Shown here piece after piece: positions 19,261-29,054 of a DNA stretch of 64,000 nucleotides. How positions within the stretch are numbered: the first letter of the stretch is position 1; each line of letters opens with the position of its first letter. The DNA comes from Planctomycetota bacterium (GTDB taxonomy: Bacteria > Planctomycetota > JAJSAM01 > JAJVHW01), in NCBI GenBank assembly GCA_965248445.1, contig CBDFJG010000004.1, positions 864,001 through 928,000 of the forward strand, given 5' to 3'. Under the pieces are notes generated by a model. That model had not been told where the DNA came from. It was given only the letters and a program-made list of their open reading frames with translations, and did no database searches. The position numbers were made by a program, and so were the translations under genes.

Positions 19261-22159
19261 CGAGTTCTGAGCCCCCTCCAGGCGCCGGGTCCTCGCGGCG
19301 CATCTGGGTCGTCGTACTCGCGTTCGTGCTCGCAGCCCTCGGCGTTGCGACCTGGCTGGCTGTCACGCGCGGGATGCGCCGCTCCGACCTCTACGCAGTC
19401 GCGCTCACCGAGTTCGCAGCCGGCGATCGCGCGACTGCCGAGAGTCTGCTACGCCAGCTCCTCGACGCCAACTCGGAAAACCCGAACGCTCGCAAGAAGC
19501 TGATCGAGATGCTCCTCGAGGACGAGCGCTTCGAAGAAGCCCGCGAGTTGGCAGAAGTCTGGACCGATCTCAACGCCCGACCGCACCTCGGCTGGGCCTA
19601 CCGGATCGAGGTGGAGCTGCGACAGGCACATCTGGCTGAGGCCGAGAAGCTCGCACGCGACGTCATCGACCGCATGCCCGAGCTCTCGCTGACGACCATC
19701 GTCCGGGTACGCGACGCGCTCGGTACGTACTCCGACCGCTGGGAAGCGCAGAAGGCCGCGGTCCACGTGGCAACGATCACCGATACGCCCGTGCGCAAGT
19801 CGATCAACTTGCTCTTCGCGGCGGAGACCATTCTGGACATCGCCCCCTCGATGACGGCGGGCGCCTCCGGTCCTGCCAGACAGATCGCTCGGCGCTACCT
19901 CGACGAGGCGCTCGACACGCTCGACGAAGCGACCCCCACCGGCAGCGAGAGCGACGAGGCACGTCGAGTACGCGCGCGCATCCTGCTCCTGTCAGAAGAT
20001 GAGTGGGAGCGCGAGAGCGGCGAGAAGACCCTCAACGCCATTCTGGACGCCAACCCGAGAGACTTCGAGTCGCACGCCGCGATGGCGACGTTCTACGCCG
20101 CGCAGCAGGACTGGAAGAGCGCTGTCGGCAAGGTCCAAGACCTGTCAGGCGCGAGCCGCCCGTACCTGATCTGGCTTCGCGCCGTGCGGCGCCTCGCCTC
20201 TCGCGCCCCGTTCGACATCGTTCTCCCGCTACTCGAAGCCTCGCAGCGTCCTGACGAGCCGCTCTTCGTGTTGCTGCGAGCCGGCGTCCTGCTCCGGGAG
20301 TTCGAGCGCGGAGGCAAGGAGGCGTACCGGGAGCAGGCAGCCGAGATGCTGTTCGGGCTTGCCGATCCGAATCGCGATGACGTCGACCGACGCATGCTCG
20401 TCGCCGCCTGCCGTCTCCTCGCAGCGAGCGGCGAACAGAAGCGAGCCCTGGGCCTCCTTGAACGGATTCCCGACGACGAACTCGACGCCGCCGACCGCGC
20501 GCTGCTCGGCAGCGGTCTCGGCGGCGGGACCGATCGCGCGGAGAGACTGCTCGACGGACTGTCCGGACGCGTCCGGACCCTGCGCGAGAGCATCCGCGTG
20601 CTGAGCGTGCTTCAGCGCAGCGACGACGACACCGTGTCCGCCTACCTGAATTCTCCCATCACCGCCGGAGGCGACGACGGCGCGCGTCTCCACTTGATGC
20701 GCGCAGTGTCGGCAGCAACGTTCGGTCGCCGGACACCTCCCGGCACGCGGCAGACGATCCTGCTGGACGCGGCCAAGCGCGACCTTCGAGCCATCTCCGA
20801 GACAGCGCCCAAGGAGACGCTTGCCGACGCCTTCCGGCTGTCGCTCGGCGTGCAGGAGTACGAGCTCGCCGGGATGCACCTCGGACGCGCGCTCGCGAAA
20901 GAGGGTCGGCCGTACGCTCTCTCACTCTTCGCCCTCGCACTGGGCCGCAACACCAAGGAAGCCGACGTCCGCGCGGCCATCGCGACAGGCATCCGGTCGG
21001 CCGCCGTGGACTCGAACGCAGAGCGCTACCAGCTCGCCGTGGCAGACGCCATCGAGACGCCGCCCGCAGCGAGCCCGGTTCGCAGACCGCCGCGCTCATC
21101 CTGGGCACCCAGCTGGCGAACGCAGACAAGGACTTCGACGACTCACGGCGCCTGGCCGAGACGCTCGTCGCGGCCCGTCCCGACTCGGAGTATGCGCGCG
21201 CGTTGCTCGGCGACCACTACCTCCGAGACAAGGACTTCTCGGCCCTCCTCGAACTCCACGACGGGAACACCGGCGACGATGTGGACGCCACCCGGCAGCG
21301 CGTTCTCGCTCTCTTCGAACTCGGGCAGGAGACCGAAGCGATCGCCCTCGCACGCAAGGCCACGAGAGCGCATGGCGATCGCAGCGACGAACCCCACCTC
21401 CTCCTGGCCCACCTCCTGAAGCGGACGCGACAGCCCATGCGCGCCCTGGGGGCCCTCGCCACGGCACCCAGCACCACTCGCGTGCTGCTGTTCCGCGCGC
21501 AGTTGTTGACCGATAGCGGAGAGCTGTGGGCCGCAGAGACGCTCTACGTCAACCTGCTTGCTCGCGCGTCCGAAGCCGACAACCGGACCGCGTGGTTGGG
21601 GATCAGCAACGTTCTCTCGCGGCAAGAGCGACACCCAGACCTGGTCGAGGTCCTGACGCGGGTACTTGAACCGCGTGACTCACAGTTGCCCGAAGCACTT
21701 CTCAGCACTCTGCACACGCTGCGTGGTAGCGCACGCGAGCGCCTTCCTGATTTCGGCCTCGCGCTCGTCGACTACGAAGCGGCCATCGAATTGAACCCGA
21801 ACGAGATTGTGGCCCTCAACAACGCTGCGTGGTTGATCCACGAGATCGCGCTCGAGCGGATCGACGAGGCCCGGCGGTTCATCGACACAGCCCTCGAGCT
21901 TGCGCCCGAGAACCGGAGCGTGCTCGACACCGCCGCGGTCGTCTATCTGGCGCTGGGCCGTCGCGAGCAAGCGCTCGAGTACGCAGAACGCGCCCTCGCC
22001 AAGGAACGCAAGCCCGAGTATCTGATCCATCGCGCCAAGGCGCTCCGCGAACTCGGACGCGACTCGGAAGCGAGAAAGAGCCTCGTGGAGGTGTTGGAGT
22101 CCTCGCCAGGCACCAACGCCGCCGCCCAGGCTTCGCGCCTTCTCTCGGACTTCCAGTGA
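19257..22159 (+). CDS. Membrane-anchored TPR-repeat protein, frameshift near 21058
   Basis: N-terminal TM; TPR repeats; C-terminal ALNNAAW...VLDTAAVVY typical of PEP-CTERM-system TPR proteins; two ORF halves in different frames. Confidence 0.75.
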
Positions 22160-22300
22160 TCCATGAGCCGTTGGCCTGCGGCAGTGAACCCGACATCCCT
22201 CTACGTCCTGTCGCTCAACTCCGACACCGTGGTCCATGGACGACGCCATCGGCAAGACGATCACGTGCGCACGTCTTGAGCCGGTCCATCTGCCGTGCGC

Positions 22301-23800
22301 GTAACCGTTCACCCCTTCGTCGCGAGCCAGGATCCAGATCGTTCGGCCATCGGTCGATCAAGAGGTTGTGGGCGAGCGGCAGGACGAGGATCTGCGGGCG
22401 ATGGTCGAGGGCCTTCTGGCCTGGATCGAGGAGCTGGAGCGTCGCGAAGCGAAGCATCTGCGCCGCATCGACGAGCTCGAGTCGCGTCTGAAGCGTGACT
22501 CCCGCAACAGCTCGAGGCCTCCGTCGTCGGACCCGGCGTGGTCCAAGCGCCGTCGCGGCCGAAGGCCGCGTAGCGGTCGCCAGCAGGGCGGACAGCCGGG
22601 CCATGAGGGCACGGCGCGCGAGCTGGTGGATCCGTCCAACGTCGATGAGACCAAGGAGCACCGTCCCGACCTCTGCGACGCGTGCGGACACGACGATCTC
22701 GAGCAGGGCATCGGCGATCCGTACCGGCACCAGGTGACGGTGCTCCCGCGCGTGCTCGTCACGGTGCGGGAGCACCGGCTGCACAAGGCGCGGTGCCGGC
22801 GCTGTCGTGCGGTCACGACGGCGGTCCTGCCCGATGGCGTGCCGACCGGGGCCTTCGGTCCGCGGCTGACCACACTTGCCGGCGCGCTGCGCGGCGTGTA
22901 CCGCGTGAGCGTGCGGGAGACGCAGCGGCTGCTCGGTGAGATCTTCGGTGTGAAGATGTCGCTGGGCAAGATCAGCGACTGTGAGCGTCGGCTCAGTGAC
23001 GCTCTGCACTCGTCGTACCTCGAAGCCCTCGGGGCAGTCCGCACGTCGCTGCGAGCCAACGTGGACGAGACGTCGTGGAAGGAACGGGGCCGGGTGTGCT
23101 GGCTGTGGGCGGCGGAGAGCGAGCACGCCACAGCCTTCGGGATCGATCGCCGCCGCAGTGCCAAGGCGAAAGGGCGGCTGATCGGGCGGCGTTTCGGTGG
23201 CACGGTGATCAGCGACCGGATGGGTGCCTACGAGTCACACCCACTTGCCCGCCGCCAGCTCTGCTGGGCGCACATCGAGCGCGCCTTCCGTGCGCTGGCC
23301 GAAGGCCCGCGAGGACATCGCCGCTTCGGCAACAAGGGCGTCATGATCGCGCAGTCGGTCATGCGCAGCTACCGGCTCTTCGGTGAGCACGGCGACCGTG
23401 ACCGGCTGCAAGGCGAAGCCGCTGTGCTGCGCGGACGGCTCGAGCGACTGATCGCGAACGACGACTCGGCTCTGGCCAACCATCTGCGCCCCCGCGTGGT
23501 CGCCCTCTTCACCTATGCGCGGACCCAGGACGTGAGTCCGACGAACAACGCCGCCGAGCGCGCGGTCCGCAAAGCGGTGCTCTGGCGCAAGGGCTCCTTC
23601 GGAAGCCAGTCCGCTCGCGGACTCCGTTTCGCCGAGCGCGTGTTGACCGCCGCGGCCACGCTGCGACGCCGTGGCAACCAAGTCTTCGACTTCCTCGCCG
23701 ACTCGGTCGCCGCGCACCTCACCGGCGCCGACCCGCCCGTCATGGTCCCGCTGCCCGTCGCACGCTGAGGCTCACACGCTGTCAAGGGGTGAACGGTTAC
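22301..23800 (+). mobile_element. IS66-family element (single-ORF type), copy A
   Basis: 17-bp IR GTAACCGTTCACCCCTT / AAGGGGTGAACGGTTAC; no flanking direct repeat. Confidence 0.92.
22368..23768 (+). CDS. IS66 family transposase
   Basis: DSRNSSRPPSSD, GGQPGHEG, NVDET, QLCWAH, PTNNAAERAVR. Confidence 0.95.
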   Translation: MGERQDEDLRAMVEGLLAWIEELERREAKHLRRIDELESRLKRDSRNSSRPPSSDPAWSKRRRGRRPRSGRQQGGQPGHEGTARELVDPSNVDETKEHRPDLCDACGHDDLEQGIGDPYRHQVTVLPRVLVTVREHRLHKARCRRCRAVTTAVLPDGVPTGAFGPRLTTLAGALRGVYRVSVRETQRLLGEIFGVKMSLGKISDCERRLSDALHSSYLEALGAVRTSLRANVDETSWKERGRVCWLWAAESEHATAFGIDRRRSAKAKGRLIGRRFGGTVISDRMGAYESHPLARRQLCWAHIERAFRALAEGPRGHRRFGNKGVMIAQSVMRSYRLFGEHGDRDRLQGEAAVLRGRLERLIANDDSALANHLRPRVVALFTYARTQDVSPTNNAAERAVRKAVLWRKGSFGSQSARGLRFAERVLTAAATLRRRGNQVFDFLADSVAAHLTGADPPVMVPLPVAR

Positions 23801-24483
23801 CACAGTCGCTGATCTTGCCCAGCGACATCTTCACACCGAAGATCTCACCGAGCAGCCGCTGCGTCTCCCGCACGCTCACGCGGTACACGCCGCGCAGCGC
23901 GCCGGCAAGTGTGGTCAGCCGCGGACCGAAGGCCCCGGTCGGCACGCCATCGGGCAGGACCGCCGTCGTGACCGCACGACAGCGCCGGCACCGCGCCTTG
24001 TGCAGCCGGTGCTCCCGCACCGTGACGAGCACGCGCGGGAGCACCGTCACCTGGTGCCGGTACGGATCGCCGATGCCCTGCTCGAGATCGTCGTGTCCGC
24101 ACGCGTCGCAGAGGTCGGGACGGTGGTCCTTGGTCTCATCGACGTTGGACGGATCCACCAGCTCGCGCGCCGTGCCCTCATGGCCCGGCTGTCCGCCCTG
24201 CTGGCGACCGCTACGCGGCCTTCGGCCGCGACGGCGCTTGGGCCACGCCGGGTCCGACGACGGAGGCCTCGAGCTGTTGCGGGAGTCACGCTTCAGACGC
24301 GACTCGAGCTCGTCGATGCGGCGCAGATGCTTCGCTTCGCGACGCTCCAGCTCCTCGATCCAGGCCAGAAGGCCCTCGACCATCGCCCGCAGATCCTCGT
24401 CCTGCCGCTCGCCCACAACATCTTGATCGACCGATGGCCGAACGATCTGGATCCTGGCTCGCGACGAAGGGGTGAACGGTTAC
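23801..24483 (-). mobile_element. Truncated inverted copy of IS66 copy A (left 683 bp)
   Basis: Reverse complement of 22301-22983 with a few substitutions (e.g. WSKR/WPKR, TKEH/TKDH); ends in IR at 24483. Confidence 0.92.
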
Positions 24484-24492
24484 CCTCATCCG

Positions 24493-24725
24493 ATGGCTCG
24501 CTCACCATCGCGATATCTCGCGTATTCGTTGGCGGCCGCGCTGGTCGCGGCTCTGTTCGTGGGGGACCCCGCCACGGCGGGCGATCAAGAGATCGCCAAC
24601 ATCCAGGCCGTCTGCGAGTCGCCGATCGGCTTCTCGCGTCGCGCGGCACTCTTGGACGACTTGCGCAAGAAGGACACATCCTCCTCGCGCAATGCGCTTG
24701 AGGACATGGCCGCGAGCGACCGGGA
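24493..24725 (+). pseudogene. 5' fragment of a secreted protein truncated by IS3
   Basis: Signal peptide MARSPSRYLAYSLAAALVAALFVG; reading frame runs into the IS end at ~24725. Confidence 0.55.
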
Positions 24726-24760
24726 CGTGTCAACGACTTTGAGACACCGCGTCTTCGAGT

Positions 24761-25789
24761 TTAGTGAGCAGCCTCCTGTGTCGCAGTCTCCAGCGCCGCG
24801 AGTTCCCGGGCCGGCGGGTTGATCCACGTCTCGGTCGGCAGAGCCGGCGGCGTCGGCGCACGGCGCACGAAGCGCTCGGGATGCGCCGCGTACGCGGCAT
24901 CGAGCACGACCGAGCGCGCGGCGACGGCCGCTTCGGCGCGGCCGTAGTGCACGGTCTCGGGCGTCAGCAGCCCGAGACTCGAGTGACGATGCTCGCGGTT
25001 GTACCAGTGGAAAAAGGCGCGGCAGTGCGCCCGCGCGTCCTCGATGCAGCCGAAGCGCGCTGGGAAGTCCGGCCGGTACTTCAGCGTGCGGAATTGGCTC
25101 TCGGAAAACGGATTGTCATTCGACGTGTACGGCCGGCTGTGCGACTTCGTCACGCCGAGATCGGCGAGCAGAAAGGCCACCGGCTTGCTGATCATCGGCG
25201 GCCCCCGATCGGAGTGGATCGTGAGCTGCTCCGCCGCGATCCCCTGCTTCTCGCAGGACTGCTCGATGAGTGCCGTCGCCAGCGCACCGCTCTCGCAGTC
25301 CGCCAGCATCCAGCCCACGACGTTGCGGGAGTAGATGTCGAGCACGACGTAGAGATAGAAGTAGCTCCACTTCACCGGGCCGCGGAGCTTGGTGATGTCC
25401 CAGCTCCAGACCTGGTTCGGGGAGGTCGCGAGGAGCTCGGGCTTCTTGTACGCGGGATGACGCAGCTGGTTGCGGCGCTCACGCACAGCACCAGCCGCAC
25501 CGAGGATGCGGTACATCGTGCGCACCGAGCACAGGTAGCGTCCCTCGTCGAGCAGGATCGCCCACGCCGCAAGCGGTGACAGATCGCAGAAGCGCTCCTC
25601 GCTCAGCACCGCGAGTACGGTAAGACGCTCGTCGATCGTGAGGGCGCGCGGCGAGCGCCGGCGCGGCTGCTGGGGCCGGGGGCACGTGCGTGCCGTTCGG
25701 CGCCGATAGAGCGTGGCGCGCGTGACTCCGAGCGCGCGGCACGCGGGGGCGACGCCCACGCGTCCCCCCAGCTCCTCCGCCGCAATCAC
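24761..25789 (-). CDS. IS3-type transposase OrfB (rve DDE)
   Basis: WSWDITK, HSDRG, DNPFSESQF; GTGA overlap with orfA stop. Confidence 0.9.
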   Translation of the reverse strand: MIAAEELGGRVGVAPACRALGVTRATLYRRRTARTCPRPQQPRRRSPRALTIDERLTVLAVLSEERFCDLSPLAAWAILLDEGRYLCSVRTMYRILGAAGAVRERRNQLRHPAYKKPELLATSPNQVWSWDITKLRGPVKWSYFYLYVVLDIYSRNVVGWMLADCESGALATALIEQSCEKQGIAAEQLTIHSDRGPPMISKPVAFLLADLGVTKSHSRPYTSNDNPFSESQFRTLKYRPDFPARFGCIEDARAHCRAFFHWYNREHRHSSLGLLTPETVHYGRAEAAVAARSVVLDAAYAAHPERFVRRAPTPPALPTETWINPPARELAALETATQEAAH

Positions 25790-26289
25790 GTGTCGCTCCC
25801 GCTCGTCTCGGGCATCTCGATGCCCAGCAGCCGTGAGACTTTTCGCTGCACGTCGATGATCACCTCGGCCGTCTCGAGCCGCTTCTCGAGACGGGCGACT
25901 TCGCGCTCGAGCTGCTCGTTGCGCTTCTTGAGCGCACGGTCCGGATCGGGCTTGGGACCACGCCGCTTGGGCGAGAGCGCCTCGAGCTGGCCCTGGTCCC
26001 GCGCGCGCCGCCACGTCAACAAGTGCGAGGAGTACAGCCCCTCACGGCGCAAGAGAGCGCCGATCTCGCCGGGCTTCGTGCACGCGTCCGCCGCCTCGAT
26101 GATCCGTAGCTTGTACGCGGCGCCAAAGCGCCGCCGCGAGGCGCGCGGCACGACCTCGGGGTCGCGCACCCCAACGTCCCCCGGGCCGCGCGCCCCGGGG
26201 GAGCCCCCTCCGCCTCGATCGCGCTCGCTATGCTCGCCCTCCCTCGGCTCCGGGATCTCCCCCGGCGCTGTGTTGTGGTTGTTCGTCAT
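25786..26289 (-). CDS. IS3-type transposase OrfA (HTH)
   Basis: RRRFGAAYKLRIIEAAD...LLRREGLYSSHL plus leucine-zipper-like segment. Confidence 0.88.
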   Translation of the reverse strand: MTNNHNTAPGEIPEPREGEHSERDRGGGGSPGARGPGDVGVRDPEVVPRASRRRFGAAYKLRIIEAADACTKPGEIGALLRREGLYSSHLLTWRRARDQGQLEALSPKRRGPKPDPDRALKKRNEQLEREVARLEKRLETAEVIIDVQRKVSRLLGIEMPETSGSDT

Positions 26290-26400
26290 CGCTGGTTCCT
26301 CCACCGCCCTGCACAGTAATCATCCGTGGGGTCGTCGGTGTCTCAGCCACGTTGGCACAGAGGGCGATCTCGTGGGGTGGAGGGGCAGGGAGCTACCTAG

Positions 26401-28046
26401 CCGCATCTGTTCACGAGACGTCGCGATGACGGTGCTTTCGGAGTCCACAGGGTCAGATCTTGGCCAGGCGAGGGCGGATGCTGTCGTCGTTGCCACAAGG
26501 GCAACGCGAGTGAGCGGCCGAAACGGCGCGGATTCTGCGGTGTGGGCAGACCGTAGGCCGGGCGGTGGTGTGGCGGACGGCGCGGCGGGACGTCAGGTCG
26601 GCTTCGGGGATGCCAGCAGTCGTTGCGCGCAGCGCTCGAAGACGTGCTGCCAGGGCCACGACGAGGACATCGAGACCCAGATCCGGCGCGTCGTGATCCG
26701 CACGAGCGCGCCGATCTTGAGCAGCCGCAGGCGGATCGTGCCGGCTTGCGCACGCGCCATCTCGGTGCCGGCGAGACCGATGCGTCGCAGCGCACAGGTC
26801 AGGACGTAGGCCATGGCCGACATGGCCATCCGCACGGCGTTGCCCTGCATCGTGTGCACCGACAGACGGGTGCCGAAGAGCTCGAGCTGCTGCTCCTTGA
26901 TGCGATTCTCCGCCTCGCCCCGGGCGCAGTAGAGCTGCTCGTAGAGACGCTTGCTGCTCCAGCTACGAGGCGGCAGATTGGTCACCACGAAGCGGGGATT
27001 GCGCTTGCCGCCCGGCAGGTGCTCGGCCTTGGCGACCACGCGACGCCTCTGGCTCCAGCTCCCCAGCGTGGTCCAGGCAAAGTCGCGAAAGACCCGGGCT
27101 GCTCGGCCGGTCTGCACGGCACGGGCTGCGGCCTCATCGAGCGCGTCTTCGACGTGTCGCTCAAGGCGCTCATTGCGCGCCATGCCCAGCAGGTAGAAGT
27201 GGCCGGCGGCCTCGCACCAGGCCATCAGCTCCTCGCGGCAAAAGCCCGAGTCTGCGCGCACGAGCACCTTGGCCCGGGGCCAGCGGCGCCGCAGACGTAA
27301 GACCAGCGCACGGAGCTCGTCCACGACTCCGCGCGCGGGATCTCTGTCAGCGGTCTGGAGCCGAGCGAGCAAGAGGTGCTCGCCGCAGAAGACGTACAGC
27401 GGCAGGTAGCAGTAGTGCCCGTAGTAGCCGTGGAAGAAGCGGCCCTCCTGCCGGCCGTGCAGCCGCACGTCGGAGTGGTCCAGGTCCAGCACGAGCAGGC
27501 CCGGATCCTCCGGCCCCATGGCCTCGCAGAAGACGTCGCTGAGCACGCTGTCCACGCGCTCCTGGTCCATCTCGATCTTGGCGTAGCGCGTCTGTGCCGT
27601 GGCGCCGAGCTGCGTGGTCTCGAGCCGCGAGAGCGTCGGGTGCGTGGCCAGAGCACCCTCGCGCTTGCCGCACGCCGCGGCAAACAGCGGGTCCTTGCCG
27701 ACATGGTCGTGGTCCACCAGATCCTCGTAGCCCGCGCACAGCCCGAAGACCCGCTGACGCAGCATCTGGCCGACCGTGTGCTCGACCCGACGCGGGTCCC
27801 GGTGGTCCCCGAAGCAGCGCGCAAACCGCGAGAGCAGATCGATGCGACGATCGGTCCGCTCGAGCAGCAGCACGCCCCCGTCGCTCGTCACGGTACCGGC
27901 GTCGAAGCGCGTCACCGCGGTGCGTCCACAGATGCCCGCGAAGAGGGTCCCCTGCGGGCTACAGTCTGTCGTCATCGGGCCGGCGCTCCTGTCGGTGCAA
28001 GTACTAGCGAGTACGAGCACTTAGACAGACGACGGCCCGCTCAGAT
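26401..28046 (-). mobile_element. IS1380-family element, copy 1 (left ~22 bp removed by adjacent IS3)
   Basis: Reverse complement of copy 2; CTAG at 26397-26400 next to the right end. Confidence 0.92.
26593..27975 (-). CDS. IS1380 family transposase
   Basis: FDAGTVTSDGG, HGRQEGRFFHGYY, RADSGF, YCARGEAENRIKE. Confidence 0.95.
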   Translation of the reverse strand: MTTDCSPQGTLFAGICGRTAVTRFDAGTVTSDGGVLLLERTDRRIDLLSRFARCFGDHRDPRRVEHTVGQMLRQRVFGLCAGYEDLVDHDHVGKDPLFAAACGKREGALATHPTLSRLETTQLGATAQTRYAKIEMDQERVDSVLSDVFCEAMGPEDPGLLVLDLDHSDVRLHGRQEGRFFHGYYGHYCYLPLYVFCGEHLLLARLQTADRDPARGVVDELRALVLRLRRRWPRAKVLVRADSGFCREELMAWCEAAGHFYLLGMARNERLERHVEDALDEAAARAVQTGRAARVFRDFAWTTLGSWSQRRRVVAKAEHLPGGKRNPRFVVTNLPPRSWSSKRLYEQLYCARGEAENRIKEQQLELFGTRLSVHTMQGNAVRMAMSAMAYVLTCALRRIGLAGTEMARAQAGTIRLRLLKIGALVRITTRRIWVSMSSSWPWQHVFERCAQRLLASPKPT

Positions 28047-28101
28047 TGGAGTTCCCCCGGTTCGGTGGACACCCGACCACTGAGGTTGGGAGGATGTCCA
28101 G

Positions 28102-28416
28102 ATGCCCAGATCGAGACCACCGTACGACGAGGAGTACAAGCGCCAGATCGTCGAGTTGCACCGCGCCGGCCGGAGCGTGATGAGCCTGTGCCGCGAGTTC
28201 GAGCCGACGGAGATGACGATCCGCAAGTGGATCAAGCAGGCCGCGCTGGACGCCGGAGAGCGTGACGACGGCTTGACCACCGCGGAGCGCGATGAGCTGC
28301 GCAAGCTCAGACGAGATGTGCGCCGGCTGCGCGAGGAGCGCGACATCTTGAAAAAAGCCGCGGCCTGGTTCGCTCGGGAGACGCGCTCGATCCCAGAGAA
28401 GGGTTCGGGTTCGTGA
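28102..28416 (+). CDS. IS3 transposase OrfA
   Basis: YDEEYKRQIV...ERDILKKAAAWF. Confidence 0.92.
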   Translation: MPRSRPPYDEEYKRQIVELHRAGRSVMSLCREFEPTEMTIRKWIKQAALDAGERDDGLTTAERDELRKLRRDVRRLREERDILKKAAAWFARETRSIPEKGSGS

Positions 28417-29054
28417 GCGATCACCAGGCAGAGCACGACGTGGCCACCATGTGTCGGGTCCTCGGCGTCTCGAGGAGCGGGTACTACGCATCGCGCGGCC
28501 GTGCGCCCTCGAAGAGAGATCGCGAGGACGCTGCCCTGACCGAGCGCGTCCGCGAGATCCACGAGCGCTCTCGCCAGACGTACGGATCACCGCGCATCCA
28601 TGCCGAGCTGCGCTACGAGGGCCTCCACATCGGTAGGAAGCGCGTCGAGCGCCTCATGCGCCAGGCTGGGATCGAGGGCGTGAGCCGCCGCAAGAGAGCC
28701 AAGACCACGAAGCGCTCGCAGCGTCAGGCGCCGGCCGCCGACCTGGTCGATCGCGACTTCACGGCCGACGCACCCGATCAGCTCTGGGTGGCCGACATCA
28801 CGTACGTGCCGACCTGGACGGGGTTCCTGTACCTGGCGGTCGTCCTCGACGTCTGGAGCCGCCGGATCGTCGGCTGGTCCATGGCCACGACGCTCCACAC
28901 CAAGATCGTGCTGGACGCACTCGAGATGGCCGTGCGCCAGCGCCAGCCCCTCGGAGTCGTCCACCACTCCGACCAGGGCTGCCAGTACACGTCGCTCGCC
29001 TTCGGGCGGCGCTGCAGAGAAGCGGGCGTCAGGCCGTCCATGGGATCGGTCGGA
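28413..29054 (+). pseudogene. IS3 transposase OrfB, truncated before the catalytic Glu
   Basis: YGSPRI, WVADITY, HHSDQG, SMGSVG then interrupted by the IS66 IR. Confidence 0.88.

Larger units (their letters stand above)
24728..26357 (-). mobile_element. IS3-family-like element (ends approximate by a few bp)
   Basis: Imperfect IRs TGTCAACGACTTTGAGACACC / GGTGTCTCAGCCACGTTGGCA; contains orfA and orfB. Confidence 0.85.
28047..29054 (+). mobile_element. IS3-family element, 3'-truncated by IS66 copy B
   Basis: Left IR TGGAGTTCCCCCGGTTCGGTGGACA; orfA/orfB with AAAAAAG slippery site at 28351-28357. Confidence 0.9.

Noticed and set aside
22165..22300. Short ORF after the TPR gene
   Set aside because: Under 40 codons, no recognisable motif; at most a remnant cut by IS66
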